From Fidelibacterota bacterium (GTDB lineage Bacteria > Fidelibacterota > Marinisomatia > Marinisomatales > JABMOV01): DNA of 17,147 nucleotides. The DNA lies in the NCBI GenBank assembly GCA_046861395.1, contig JBHHUC010000044.1, positions 1 through 17,147 of the forward strand, in the 5' to 3' direction. Made by a program: the position numbers and the translations under genes. Positions 1 through 9,937 of this stretch are shown here, one piece after another (the stretch's first letter is position 1; every line of letters begins with the position of its first letter). The notes under the pieces are model-generated. The model was not told the origin of the DNA and did no database searches. It saw nothing but the letters and a program-made list of their open reading frames with translations.

Positions 1-191
1 GCACTTTTCCCTGTCCGGAAGAATGCATTTACATGACCGGTGGCCCGAATGCCCAGAAAACACCCATTGATTATGAATTCTCCGAATATGATCGCAATAA
101 TCTGATCTATAAGTTTTCCCATGTCACGACGGAAGAAATTGAACGTGTGACACAACCGCCTAAACCAGTGGACACGGAGGAAAATGCATGA
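1..191 (+). CDS. nuoI: NADH-quinone oxidoreductase subunit I, 3' end (5'-truncated by window)
   Basis: Not in ORF track. Frame starting at base 3 reads (C)[62 protein letters not shown], i.e. the end of the second 4Fe-4S motif (CxxxCP) and the NuoI-like 'DYE.SEYDR..LIY' tail. TGA 189-191 overlaps the nuoJ ATG (ATGA). Confidence 0.88.
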   Translation, partial: TFPCPEECIYMTGGPNAQKTPIDYEFSEYDRNNLIYKFSHVTTEEIERVTQPPKPVDTEENA

Positions 192-676
192 TGATCCTGG
201 GGTTCTGGTTTGTGGTGTTGCTGACGGTTTTATCGGCCTTTTTCGTGGTTACCAGCCGTAATCTTGTCTATTCCGCCGTCAGCCTGTTTTTTACCTTTGT
301 GGGGGTGGCAGGACTCTACATTTTTCTCTGGGCCGATTTCCTGGCCGGGGTTCAAATCATGGTCTATGTAGGCGGGGTTCTGGTGCTCATCCTCTTCGGT
401 ATCATGCTCACCCACCGGATTACATCAGTGAATATTTCCCATGGCAGCCGACAAAGAAGTCCGGCGGCTTTGGTGACGATGATTATCATTGCCGGCCTGG
501 CCTGGGTTGTCCGGCATACACCCTGGTACTGGGCATCGTCCGTCGAACCCGACAGTACGGCCAGGGCAGTGGGTACCTCCATCATGACGGAATACCTGTT
601 ACCGTTTGAGGTGGCATCGATTCTACTGCTGGCGGCACTGGTTGGAGCCGCCGTATTATCAAGGAGGCAATCCTGA
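188..676 (+). CDS. nuoJ: NADH-quinone oxidoreductase subunit J
   Basis: 162 aa, hydrophobic. Motifs '[26 protein letters not shown]' and '[19 protein letters not shown]'. GGAGG at 176-180. Confidence 0.96.
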   Translation: MMILGFWFVVLLTVLSAFFVVTSRNLVYSAVSLFFTFVGVAGLYIFLWADFLAGVQIMVYVGGVLVLILFGIMLTHRITSVNISHGSRQRSPAALVTMIIIAGLAWVVRHTPWYWASSVEPDSTARAVGTSIMTEYLLPFEVASILLLAALVGAAVLSRRQS

Positions 677-981
677 TGGCGCAACTGGAAGTTTATTTAA
701 CCGTCGCCGCCATTTTGTTCGGCCTGGGGCTGTATGCCGTTATTAGTCGCCGCAATGCGGTAGCTGTATTAATGGGGGTAGAGCTCATCCTGAATGCCGC
801 CAATATCAATTTTATCGCCTTTTCCCGGTTTGGCGGCATGAATATTTCGGGACAGGTTTTTTCTCTATTTGTCATTATCATGGCAGCGGCCGAAGCGGCC
901 GTGGCGCTGGCCATCGTAATCAATATCTTTAAGAATTTCCAAACAATTAATGTGGATGAAGTCCATCAATTACGACGATGA
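676..981 (+). CDS. nuoK: NADH-quinone oxidoreductase subunit K
   Basis: 101 aa, 3 TM segments, both conserved glutamates ('[11 protein letters not shown]', '[10 protein letters not shown]'). AAGGAGG at 661-667; TGATG overlap with nuoJ. Confidence 0.97.
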   Translation: MAQLEVYLTVAAILFGLGLYAVISRRNAVAVLMGVELILNAANINFIAFSRFGGMNISGQVFSLFVIIMAAAEAAVALAIVINIFKNFQTINVDEVHQLRR

Positions 982-3023
982 ATATTTTCCTTAAATACGC
1001 CCTGGTCGTCTATTTTCTGCCGCTGGCAGCCTTTATCATTCAGACCTTTTTCGGGCGGAAATTACCACGGAAAGGGGATTGGGTTTCCATCTCCGCCATC
1101 CTGCTGGCCTTCGCTCTGTCCATTGCAATGTTCGCCGGTATGCTCTTGAATTATGACCCGGAATTCCAGGTCCACGGCTCATTCAACTGGATGGATCTGG
1201 GTCACTTCAGGATTCAGTTAGGTTTTCTCATTGACAATATGACCGTTATTATGATGCTGGTGGTAACACTGATTTCTTCCATGAGCCATATTTATTCACT
1301 GAAATACATGGAAGGTGATCCTGGCTACTCCCGTTATTATTCCTATCTCTCTCTGTTTACCTTTAGTATGATGGGAATTGTTCTGGCTGATAATCTGATG
1401 CTGTTATACGTCAGTTGGGAACTAGTGGGATTGAGTTCCTATTTATTAATCGGTTTCTGGTATGAAAAGGATAGCGCGGCCAATGCCGGGAAAAAAGCAT
1501 TTCTCACCAATCGGGTGGGGGATATCGGCTTTTTCATTGGTATCATGCTCTTTTTCACTGCCATCGGTTCCTTCAATTACCTGGATATTTTCGCCGGTGT
1601 GCAGTCCGGAATCATCAGCGGCACGGTCCTGACCCTGGCCGGCATTGGATTATTCATGGGTGCTGTGGGTAAATCGGCCCAGGTTCCACTTCATATCTGG
1701 TTGCCGGATGCCATGGAAGGTCCCACTCCAGTATCGGCTTTGATCCATGCCGCCACCATGGTGGCGGCCGGTGTCTACATGATGGTTCGCCTGTTCGGCA
1801 TCTTGTCACCGGATGCGCTGGTCCTGGTAGCTTATATCGGTGGAATTACAGCCTTGTTCGCCTCCTTGATTGCCATTACCCGGACTGATATTAAACAAGT
1901 TCTGGCCTATTCCACCGTGAGTCAGCTGGGTTACATGATTCTGGCGGTGGGAACCGGTGCTTATGTGGCCGGCTTTTTCCATCTTGTCACCCATGCCATG
2001 TTTAAGGCCAATTTATTTTATGGCGCCGGCAGTGTCATTCATGGCATGCATCACAGCCTGGATAAACTGGGTGATCATGATACCGATCCTCAGGATATGC
2101 GTAATATGGGCGGACTCAAGCGTAAAATGCCTGTGACCTACTGGTCCATGATGATAGGGTCACTGGCCATTTCCGGTGTTCCACTGTTCTCCGGATTTTT
2201 ATCCAAGGATGCCATTCTGGCCGGTACGCTGGCGTTTAGTCTGGAGCATCCGGGCCATATTCTATTACCGGTATTCGGATTCAGTGCGGCCTTGCTGACA
2301 GCCTTTTATATGTTCCGCATGATTTTTCTTACATTTCACAACGAACCGCAACGCCAGGATATTCATGCTCATATTCATGAATCCCCAGCGGCTATGAAAT
2401 TGCCCCTGGTTCTGTTAAGCGTTTTCAGTTTGTTTATTGTGTTTACGCTGCCGTCTCTGAACCCATTTCACGGGGAAGGCTGGTTACCCACTCTGGTGGA
2501 ATATCATAACAGTTTTATACCAGGAGGTCAGAGCGCGGAAGGCGTTGTAGAGGCATTGCATCATGCCCACGGAACAGCGATGACGCTCTCCCTGATCGTG
2601 GCGGCTCTGGGAATTGGGTTTGCTTTTCTGGTTTATTACAAGCATACGGTTTCAGCGGAAAAACTGGCCACGGTTACCGGCCCCTTTTACCGCCTTTCCC
2701 GGGAAAAATTTTTCATTGATGAACTCTATGCCAGATTATTATACCGCCCGTTTCTTAGATTGGCGGACCGGATCGCCTATTTGGATTGGGACCTTTATGA
2801 TAAATATTTCATCAATGGATTTGGGCACGTAACGACGTTCCTGTCGAATATTGTTGGTAAAGTGGATTACGACGGGCTGGATCAGACCCTGGTGGATGGT
2901 GTGGGTCGCTCTGCCAATTGGTTTGGCAGACGCCTGCGGACGGTCCAAACCGGTCGCGTTCAGCATTATGTCCTTTTTGCGCTGACAGCTATTATTATGC
3001 TTATGATTTGGAAAGCCATCTAG
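978..3023 (+). CDS. nuoL: NADH-quinone oxidoreductase subunit L (extended C-terminal amphipathic helix)
   Basis: 681 aa. Motifs '[15 protein letters not shown]', 'NRVGD', '[35 protein letters not shown]', '[12 protein letters not shown]', 'GFLSKDAIL', C-terminal 'QTGRVQHY'. ATGA overlap with nuoK. Confidence 0.97.
   Translation: MNIFLKYALVVYFLPLAAFIIQTFFGRKLPRKGDWVSISAILLAFALSIAMFAGMLLNYDPEFQVHGSFNWMDLGHFRIQLGFLIDNMTVIMMLVVTLISSMSHIYSLKYMEGDPGYSRYYSYLSLFTFSMMGIVLADNLMLLYVSWELVGLSSYLLIGFWYEKDSAANAGKKAFLTNRVGDIGFFIGIMLFFTAIGSFNYLDIFAGVQSGIISGTVLTLAGIGLFMGAVGKSAQVPLHIWLPDAMEGPTPVSALIHAATMVAAGVYMMVRLFGILSPDALVLVAYIGGITALFASLIAITRTDIKQVLAYSTVSQLGYMILAVGTGAYVAGFFHLVTHAMFKANLFYGAGSVIHGMHHSLDKLGDHDTDPQDMRNMGGLKRKMPVTYWSMMIGSLAISGVPLFSGFLSKDAILAGTLAFSLEHPGHILLPVFGFSAALLTAFYMFRMIFLTFHNEPQRQDIHAHIHESPAAMKLPLVLLSVFSLFIVFTLPSLNPFHGEGWLPTLVEYHNSFIPGGQSAEGVVEALHHAHGTAMTLSLIVAALGIGFAFLVYYKHTVSAEKLATVTGPFYRLSREKFFIDELYARLLYRPFLRLADRIAYLDWDLYDKYFINGFGHVTTFLSNIVGKVDYDGLDQTLVDGVGRSANWFGRRLRTVQTGRVQHYVLFALTAIIMLMIWKAI
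2784..2945 (+). repeat. Degenerate protein-level tandem duplication (2 x 27 aa) in the NuoL lateral helix
   Basis: Residues 603-629 [27 protein letters not shown] align with 630-656 [27 protein letters not shown] (pattern D-[WY]-D-x-x-D-x-x-h-h-[ND]-G-h-G, period 27 aa / 81 nt). Poorly conserved at DNA level. Confidence 0.7.
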
Positions 3024-3053
3024 GAATGCTTTCAAGGAAGTAAAGGATTTAGC

Positions 3054-4604
3054 ATGGATACAATGTATTTAAGTTGGTTGGTATGGTTGCCCGTGGTAGG
3101 CATGATCGCGATTGCCTTTATTCCCCGGGAACGAAATGATATCATCAAGATAGTTGCTGCCGTAGCAACCGGACTTCAAGTCTGGGTTGCCATGCTCCTA
3201 TGGGTAGATTTTGACAGCGCTGTAGGCGGTATTCAATTCGCGGAAAAACTGGCCTGGATTCCTTCCTTTAATATCAATTACCATCTGGGCATCGACGGTC
3301 TCAGTTTGCCCATGGTCATGCTTACACCGATTCTATCCTTTATCGCCGTCTTTGTCAGCTGGAAAATCGACCGGGCTGTGAAGGGGTATTTTGCGCTGTT
3401 TCTGCTCCTGGATACGGGCATGATCGGTGTTTTCCTGGCGTTGGACTTTTTCCTGTTTTATGTTTTCTGGGAAGTGATGCTCCTGCCCATGTATTTCCTG
3501 ATCGGTATTTGGGGTGGGCCGAAGCGGGAATATGCCGCCATTAAATTTTTCTTATTTACACTGGTGGGATCGGTCTTAATGCTGGTGGCGATTCTGGCCC
3601 TATATTTCTATTGCGGACGAACCTTTGATATGCTGGTTCTGATTGAAACTGCGCCCATGGCCCTAAATGGTGTCATATGGTGGGGTGTCTCCGCCATGAA
3701 GGTAATCTGGATTCTGTTATTCATCGGATTTGCCATTAAAGTCCCAATTTTCCCCTTCCATACCTGGTTACCCCTGGCGCACGTGGAAGCGCCCACGGCC
3801 ATTTCGGTCATTCTGGCGGGGATTCTTTTGAAACTGGGAGTGTACGGATTACTCCGGGTAAATTACGGCATGTTGCCGGATGGCGTTTGGTGGTTTGCCG
3901 GCGCCCTGGCATTTTTGGGATTGGTGAATGTTATCTGGGGCGCCATGTGTGCCCTGGCTCAGACCGACCTGAAAAAACTGGTGGCCTATTCCAGTATCAA
4001 CCACATGGGATACGCCCTGCTGGGGATGTCAGCGGTCGTTGCCGCTGGTGTGGCCAATGGTAGCAATGTCAGTGCCGCCGAAGCCGGTCTGACGGGCGCC
4101 ATTTTTCAGATGTTCAACCATGGTACGATTTCCGCCATGCTCTTTATCTTGGTGGGCGTTGTCTATGACAGGGCTCATCACCGGGATATAAATGGTTTTG
4201 GTGGTTTGGCCAAACAAATGCCGGTATATGCAGCTGTAACCGGCGTTGCCTTTTTTGCCGGTCTTGGGCTGCCGGGCATGTCGGGTTTCGTCAGTGAATT
4301 CATGTGCTTCGTCGGCGCTTTTCCCGTCTTCCGCGCTGTCGTCATTGTTTCCACTATTGGTATTTTACTCAACGCAGCCTATTTCCTCTGGGCCTATCAA
4401 CGGATTTTCTTTGGGAAAGTGAATGAAAAATACACGTCGCTGCATGATATCAACGGACGGGAATTGTTCGCCGTGGTTCCTCTGGCCATCATTACAATCA
4501 TCCTGGGAATTTATCCGGGCCCCTTCCTGGATATGCTTAAAGCAACCGTCACTGTCATTATTGATCACGTAGTTACCTGGGGAGACCTGGCACTTCTGCC
4601 GTAG
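3054..4604 (+). CDS. nuoM: NADH-quinone oxidoreductase subunit M
   Basis: 516 aa. Motifs 'LGIDGLS', 'FYVFWEVMLLPMYFLIGIWG', 'FAIKVPIFPFHTWLPLAHVEAPT', 'LLKLGVYG', 'GLPGMSGFVSEF'. AAAGGA at 3042-3047. Confidence 0.97.
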   Translation: MDTMYLSWLVWLPVVGMIAIAFIPRERNDIIKIVAAVATGLQVWVAMLLWVDFDSAVGGIQFAEKLAWIPSFNINYHLGIDGLSLPMVMLTPILSFIAVFVSWKIDRAVKGYFALFLLLDTGMIGVFLALDFFLFYVFWEVMLLPMYFLIGIWGGPKREYAAIKFFLFTLVGSVLMLVAILALYFYCGRTFDMLVLIETAPMALNGVIWWGVSAMKVIWILLFIGFAIKVPIFPFHTWLPLAHVEAPTAISVILAGILLKLGVYGLLRVNYGMLPDGVWWFAGALAFLGLVNVIWGAMCALAQTDLKKLVAYSSINHMGYALLGMSAVVAAGVANGSNVSAAEAGLTGAIFQMFNHGTISAMLFILVGVVYDRAHHRDINGFGGLAKQMPVYAAVTGVAFFAGLGLPGMSGFVSEFMCFVGAFPVFRAVVIVSTIGILLNAAYFLWAYQRIFFGKVNEKYTSLHDINGRELFAVVPLAIITIILGIYPGPFLDMLKATVTVIIDHVVTWGDLALLP

Positions 4605-4615
4605 GGGACGGACGC

Positions 4616-6088
4616 ATGGATAATCTGCAAAGTCTGCAATATTTCTGGCCGGAAATGCTCTTGGCCGGTGTAGCGATCCTTTTACTGTTGGTGGATATTT
4701 TCCGCCGGAAACCTACTGTACAATATTTACAGTGGATTGCCGTGGCAGGTGTCGTGCTGACCTTCATCGCCGTGGCACTCCAGAGTGGGCAGCCGGCCGT
4801 CACCTTGTTTTTCCAGCAGGTTGTTGCTGATCCCTTCGCTTTGTTTTTCAAAAGCCTGATCTTGTTGGCTACACTTTTTTTACTGTTTGTCATTGCAAAG
4901 TCCGAGCAATTGAAGACCTACCATCTGGGAGAATTTTTTTCCCTCATCTTTTTCATGGTGTTGGGCATGTTTCTATTGGTTTCGGCCTATGATCTGGTCA
5001 TGGTGTATCTTTCGCTGGAGGTCGTATCCATCACATCCTTCATTCTAGCCGGATACATGAAGCAGAATAAAGCATCCAATGAAGCGGCCTTGAAATATGT
5101 GATATACGGAGCATTCTCTTCCGGATTAATGCTTTTCGGGTTTAGCCTGCTTTACGGATTGACAGGGGCTACGAATTTTCATGCCATTGGATCGGCCGTT
5201 CCGCTGTTAGGGGGCACGGCTCAGGTGGCTCTGCTGATATCGGTTATTCTGGTGTTGGCCGGGTTTGGCTATAAAATTTCCGCCGTTCCCTTTCATTTCT
5301 GGACCCCAGATGTATATGAAGGAGCACCCACTCCCATCACGGCATATTTATCCGTGGCACCCAAGGCGGCCGGATTTGCGATTTTAATTCGCTTCTTCAG
5401 TGATATTTTTACTGCTATGCCCTTGGTGGAGGGCTGGTACGGCTGGCAGATGCTGCTGGCAGTCCTGGCAGCCGTCACCATGACATTGGGGAATCTGGTT
5501 GCGTTACAACAGACCAATGTGAAACGCATGCTGGCCTATTCCACCATCGCTCATGCCGGGTATATGCTTATGGGTATTCCCATTGTCTCTCAGGAGGGCC
5601 AATACGGAATCATGATTTATCTGATCATGTATTTATTCATGAATCTGGGGGCATTTTTCGTTGTCATCGCCGTGCAGAATCGCAGCGGAAGCGCCGACCT
5701 GGGAGCCTTCCGGGAACTAGGCTGGAAGATGCCGTTTCTGGGTGTTGTAATGACCATCTTCCTGTTTTCTCTTACTGGTCTGCCGCCTACCGCTGGATTC
5801 ATCGGAAAATTCTACATTTTTGCCGCTGTAATTAAAGCTGGGCCAGATTTTTACTGGCTGGCCCTGGTCGGTATTTTGAATAGTGTTGTCTCCCTGTATT
5901 ATTATTTCCGTGTGGTTAAAATTATGTTTTTAAGGGGAGAACGGCAGGAAACGCTGCTCAATCCTTCGCGGACCATGATGGCCTTGCTGATCTGTCTAGC
6001 GGTGCCGGTCTTATTCCTGGGGATTTACTGGGCACCCATTGCCGATTGGGTTCGAAACTCAATGGTATTATTTACCAACACACTGTAA
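4616..6088 (+). CDS. nuoN: NADH-quinone oxidoreductase subunit N
   Basis: 490 aa. Motifs 'YLSLEVVS', 'EAALKY', 'YKISAVPFHFWTPDVYEGAPTP', 'APKAAG', 'KRMLAYSTIAHAGY', 'GLPPTAGFIGKF'. Confidence 0.97.
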   Translation: MDNLQSLQYFWPEMLLAGVAILLLLVDIFRRKPTVQYLQWIAVAGVVLTFIAVALQSGQPAVTLFFQQVVADPFALFFKSLILLATLFLLFVIAKSEQLKTYHLGEFFSLIFFMVLGMFLLVSAYDLVMVYLSLEVVSITSFILAGYMKQNKASNEAALKYVIYGAFSSGLMLFGFSLLYGLTGATNFHAIGSAVPLLGGTAQVALLISVILVLAGFGYKISAVPFHFWTPDVYEGAPTPITAYLSVAPKAAGFAILIRFFSDIFTAMPLVEGWYGWQMLLAVLAAVTMTLGNLVALQQTNVKRMLAYSTIAHAGYMLMGIPIVSQEGQYGIMIYLIMYLFMNLGAFFVVIAVQNRSGSADLGAFRELGWKMPFLGVVMTIFLFSLTGLPPTAGFIGKFYIFAAVIKAGPDFYWLALVGILNSVVSLYYYFRVVKIMFLRGERQETLLNPSRTMMALLICLAVPVLFLGIYWAPIADWVRNSMVLFTNTL

Positions 6089-6100
6089 CCTGGAAAGACT

Positions 6101-7453
6101 ATGACCTACTTACGGTTAAAGAAAGGACACGATATTGGTATCAGCGGGAAACCGTTGGCGGAATACCTGGAATCGAAATCCATATCATCGGTTGCCTTAC
6201 TTCCAAATGAATTTCTCTATACCAAGCCGAAACTCATGGTGAAAGAGGGGCAATCCGTGCGTCGCGGAGAAGCGCTGTTTTATGACAAAAAACGACCCGA
6301 AATCAAATGGGCCTCTCCCGGTGGAGGAAAGGTAAAGCATGTGCAATTCGGAGCACGGCGGGTCGTGGAGCAAATTGTCATTGAATTGGACCAGGATGAA
6401 GACATCCTGGATCTCGGTTCCATCGCTGAAGGGGACTTGAGCGGAATGGGCCGGGAAGCGGTAATACAGCGGATTTTAGCCTTGCATCTCTGGCCTCTGA
6501 TCCGTCAACGGCCGTTCAATAAAATTGCCGATCCGTCAGTAACACCCAAAGCAGTGTTTATCTCAGCCTGGGATTCGGCTCCCTTGGCGGCCGATCTTGA
6601 ATTTATTCTGAAAGAGCAGGGCAGTGATTTCGCCGCAGGTCTGGATATTCTAGCTAAACTGACTGACGGAGAGATCCACCTGGCCATTCACGAAGACAAT
6701 ATGAGTGGCACATTCGATTCCTTGAGCCAGGTCCGGCTGCACCGTGTCAACGGTCCCCATCCGGCCGGAAATGTCGGAATTTTAATCCATCATCTGGCTC
6801 CGTTGAAACCGGGTGAAATTGTCTGGACCATGAATCCCCAACATGTTTTATTGCTAGCCAAAGCCTTCTCCACCGGACAGTATGACCCCACACTGACTGT
6901 GGCTGTCGGCGGTCCATCCTTAAACAGGACCGGCCATATCAAAACTAGGATGGGTGCCAATATTCAGAGTCTGGTCAAACCCTACCTACGGGACGGGGTT
7001 CATCGTCTGATTCGGGGAGATGTGCTAACGGGATCGATGGTACCGGAAGAAGGATATTTGGGATTTTATGATACCTGTGTCAGCTGTATTCCGGTGAGTA
7101 AGGAACGACCATTTCTAGGCTGGATTCGTCCCGGGTCCGCAAAAAAGAATTATTCGTTATCCCGGGCTTACCTGGGGCGGAACCGTTCTGATTTTGACTT
7201 TTCAACCCTGAAAAACGGAGGACAGAGAGCTTTGGTTCCCATCAACGCCTGGGAAGATGTCCTTCCCATGGATATTTTACCGAATCCATTATTTCGTGCC
7301 ATCCTGGCCCGGGATTTGGAAGAAATGGAAAAATTGGGTATTCTTGAAATGGTGGAAGAGGATGTAGCCCTGTGTAGTTTTGCCTGCCCCAGTAAAATTA
7401 ATCTGGGTCAAATCGTACGCCAGGGTCTAGACCTGATGGAAAAAGAGAGCTGA
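6101..7453 (+). CDS. nqrA: Na(+)-translocating NADH-quinone reductase subunit A
   Basis: 450 aa, soluble. Motifs 'LKKGHDIGISG', 'IRQRPFNKIA', 'GPHPAGNVG', 'LGILEMVEEDVALCSFACPSK'. First gene of an nqrA-F series. Confidence 0.95.
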   Translation: MTYLRLKKGHDIGISGKPLAEYLESKSISSVALLPNEFLYTKPKLMVKEGQSVRRGEALFYDKKRPEIKWASPGGGKVKHVQFGARRVVEQIVIELDQDEDILDLGSIAEGDLSGMGREAVIQRILALHLWPLIRQRPFNKIADPSVTPKAVFISAWDSAPLAADLEFILKEQGSDFAAGLDILAKLTDGEIHLAIHEDNMSGTFDSLSQVRLHRVNGPHPAGNVGILIHHLAPLKPGEIVWTMNPQHVLLLAKAFSTGQYDPTLTVAVGGPSLNRTGHIKTRMGANIQSLVKPYLRDGVHRLIRGDVLTGSMVPEEGYLGFYDTCVSCIPVSKERPFLGWIRPGSAKKNYSLSRAYLGRNRSDFDFSTLKNGGQRALVPINAWEDVLPMDILPNPLFRAILARDLEEMEKLGILEMVEEDVALCSFACPSKINLGQIVRQGLDLMEKES

Positions 7454-7455
7454 TT

Positions 7456-8631
7456 ATGAAAATCATTCGCAAACTCCATGATCAATTAAGACCAAAATTT
7501 GAGACCGGTGGTGCCTGGCATAAATTTCATCCCCTATTCGAAGCCCTGGACACATTCATGTTCAATACCGATGAGCAGACCCAGTCGGGGCCCCACATTC
7601 GGGACAGCATCGATCTTAAACGGGTCATGATCATTGTCGTATTCGCCCTGCTACCAGCCACCATTTTTGGTATGATTAATATCGGCTACCAGCAGGCCTT
7701 GGCTTCTGGTCTGGTTCGCAGTTGGGCCGAAAACTTGAGTGTGGGATGCTCGTATTTTATTCCTATTGCTCTGGTTTCCTATTTAACTGGCGGGTTCTGG
7801 GAAGTTCTCTTTTCCATTGTACGTAAACATGAAGTGGACGAAGGATTCCTGGTGACCGGTTTATTGATTCCATTGATCATGCCCCCGACAATTCCTCTCT
7901 GGCAGGTGGCTGTGGCCACCACCTTTGGTGTGGTCATTGGAAAAATGATTTTTGGCGGAACGGGAATGAATATTTTCAACCCGGCTCTGACGGCCCGTGC
8001 CTTTGTGTTTTTTGCCTATCCCGGTAATATATCCGGTGACAGTGTCTGGGTGGCCGGACCGGATGGCTTTTCGGGGGCAACGGCTCTGGCCATTCCCGCC
8101 GGACAAATCAGTCAGGATGCCGTTACATTACTGGATAAAGTAGCACAGTTCGATTTTTCCTGGTTTAATCTTTTCATGGGATGGGTTCCGGGATCCATCG
8201 GTGAAACCAGCGCCCTGATGATCCTGATTGGGGCCGTAATTCTGATTTATACTAAAATCGGGTCCTGGCGCATTATGGCCGGATCGGTATTGGGTTTGGT
8301 ACTGACTGCCTATCTCACCAATGCACTGTCGGGATATTCCACCAATACGATGCTGACCTTACCCCCCCATTATCATCTGGTCATGGGTGGGTTTCTTTTT
8401 GGTACTGTTTTCATGGCGACCGACCCCGTGTCTGCCTGCTATACCAATACGGGTCGTTGGATTTATGGCTTCCTCATTGGATTCCTCACCGTTATTATTC
8501 GTTCAATAAACCCGGCCTATCCAGAAGGAACCATGCTGGCTATATTATTAATGAATGCATTTTCGCCGTTGATCGATTATTTTATTGTTCAGCGGAATAT
8601 CAAAATAAGGATGGCGCGTTATGCGAAGTAA
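7456..8631 (+). CDS. nqrB: Na(+)-translocating NADH-quinone reductase subunit B
   Basis: 391 aa. Motifs 'HIRDSIDLKRVM', 'GGFWEVLF', 'FGGTGMNIFNPAL', FMN attachment motif 'DGFSGAT' (Thr209, nt 8080-8082), 'GSIGETS', 'FMATDPVS', 'PAYPEG', 'PLIDYF'. Confidence 0.97.
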   Translation: MKIIRKLHDQLRPKFETGGAWHKFHPLFEALDTFMFNTDEQTQSGPHIRDSIDLKRVMIIVVFALLPATIFGMINIGYQQALASGLVRSWAENLSVGCSYFIPIALVSYLTGGFWEVLFSIVRKHEVDEGFLVTGLLIPLIMPPTIPLWQVAVATTFGVVIGKMIFGGTGMNIFNPALTARAFVFFAYPGNISGDSVWVAGPDGFSGATALAIPAGQISQDAVTLLDKVAQFDFSWFNLFMGWVPGSIGETSALMILIGAVILIYTKIGSWRIMAGSVLGLVLTAYLTNALSGYSTNTMLTLPPHYHLVMGGFLFGTVFMATDPVSACYTNTGRWIYGFLIGFLTVIIRSINPAYPEGTMLAILLMNAFSPLIDYFIVQRNIKIRMARYAK

Positions 8632-9322
8632 CCGGTATGTCCTCACCTTCATGTCGGTGATTACGATCGTCCTGGGAATCCTGCTATCCGTGGCGGCCAC
8701 AGCCCTGAAGGATATCCAAGAACGGAATGTTCAGATTGACATGAAAAAAAATATTCTACGTTCCATGCAAATCCCCGCTGACCGAACCAAGAAACTGTCG
8801 CCCAATGAAATTGAAACCCTATACAACCAATACATAAAAGAAATATTTGTCAATAAGGAAGGCAATGACGTTTCGGAGGGAGGTCACCCTGTTTTTGTGA
8901 AGATGGTTGATGGGGTGGCGGACGGTTATGCTATTCCCATTTCCGGAAAGGGGTTGTGGTCAACGATTTACGGTTATATGGCTATTGAACCCGATGGTGC
9001 CACGGTCAAAGGTGTGACCTTCTATAAACATGGCGAAACACCGGGCCTGGGGGGCGAAATCGAAAAGGAATGGTTTACAGCCAACTTTATCGGGAAAAAG
9101 ATTGTTACCCCGGATGGAAAACCTTGTTCTGTGGAAGTGTATAAAGGAAAGGTTCATCCCGGAAATCCCAAGGAATATTGTCTGGTGGATGGAATCTCAG
9201 GAGCAACAATGACGGGAAAAGGCGTAACCTTGTTTATTAAAAAGGATTTAGAAATATATGGCGGATTTTTCGGCAAATTGCGACAATCCTATCAGGGGGG
9301 AGGGGTGAAATATGGCGCTTGA
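8621..9322 (+). CDS. nqrC: Na(+)-translocating NADH-quinone reductase subunit C
   Basis: 233 aa. N-terminal TM helix, '[10 protein letters not shown]', '[11 protein letters not shown]', FMN motif '[10 protein letters not shown]' (Thr196). 11-bp overlap with nqrB. Confidence 0.96.
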   Translation: MRSNRYVLTFMSVITIVLGILLSVAATALKDIQERNVQIDMKKNILRSMQIPADRTKKLSPNEIETLYNQYIKEIFVNKEGNDVSEGGHPVFVKMVDGVADGYAIPISGKGLWSTIYGYMAIEPDGATVKGVTFYKHGETPGLGGEIEKEWFTANFIGKKIVTPDGKPCSVEVYKGKVHPGNPKEYCLVDGISGATMTGKGVTLFIKKDLEIYGGFFGKLRQSYQGGGVKYGA

Positions 9323-9935
9323 CAAGAAATCGAAACAGGCTTTTACCGATCCGCTGGTAAATAATAATCCAATTGCTTCCCAGATTCTCGGGATTTGTTC
9401 TGCGTTGGCGGTGACGGTGAAAATGGATACGGCCATTGTCATGACTCTGGCGGTACTGTTTGTTCTCTCCCTTTCCAATACCATTATTTCCATGATGCGG
9501 AAATGGATCCCAGGTCGGGTCCGAATTATTGTTCAACTGACAGTTATTGCATCTCTGGTGATCCTGGCTGATCAGATCCTAAGAGCTTATCTCTATGACA
9601 TCAGTAAGCAACTTTCCGTATTCGTTGGGTTGATTATTACCAACTGCATCGTCATGGGACGGGCCGAAGCCTTTGCCATGCAGAACCCACCGGGGCGCTC
9701 ATTCCTGGATGGTGCCGGCAATGCGCTGGGGTACGGACTGATTCTGATTACCGTCAGTTTTTTCCGTGAATTGTTCGGCAGCGGGACCTTACTGGGTATG
9801 CCCATCATTCCCCAGGCCTTCTATGATGCCGGTTATGTGAATGTCGGACTGTTTGTGTTATCGCCGGGAGCCTTTATCATCCTGGGATTAATAATCTGGG
9901 TGCAGCGTACCGTTTCCCACTATGAGGAGGCCTGA
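9312..9935 (+). CDS. nqrD: Na(+)-translocating NADH-quinone reductase subunit D
   Basis: 207 aa. Motifs '[18 protein letters not shown]', '[25 protein letters not shown]', 'RELFGSG'. Both Fe-S ligand cysteines present. Confidence 0.97.
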   Translation: MALDKKSKQAFTDPLVNNNPIASQILGICSALAVTVKMDTAIVMTLAVLFVLSLSNTIISMMRKWIPGRVRIIVQLTVIASLVILADQILRAYLYDISKQLSVFVGLIITNCIVMGRAEAFAMQNPPGRSFLDGAGNALGYGLILITVSFFRELFGSGTLLGMPIIPQAFYDAGYVNVGLFVLSPGAFIILGLIIWVQRTVSHYEEA

Positions 9936-9937
9936 AG

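Noticed and set aside
978..6088. Possibility that L/M/N are Mrp antiporter or hydrogenase membrane subunits
   Set aside because: Flanked by nuoI, J and K in canonical order with Nuo-specific motifs; no MrpB/E/F/G or hydrogenase genes.
9295..9305. G-run (GGGGGGAGGGG) as a phase-variation or frameshift site at the end of nqrC
   Set aside because: Only six consecutive G, the frame is intact, and it is explained as the Shine-Dalgarno region of nqrD.
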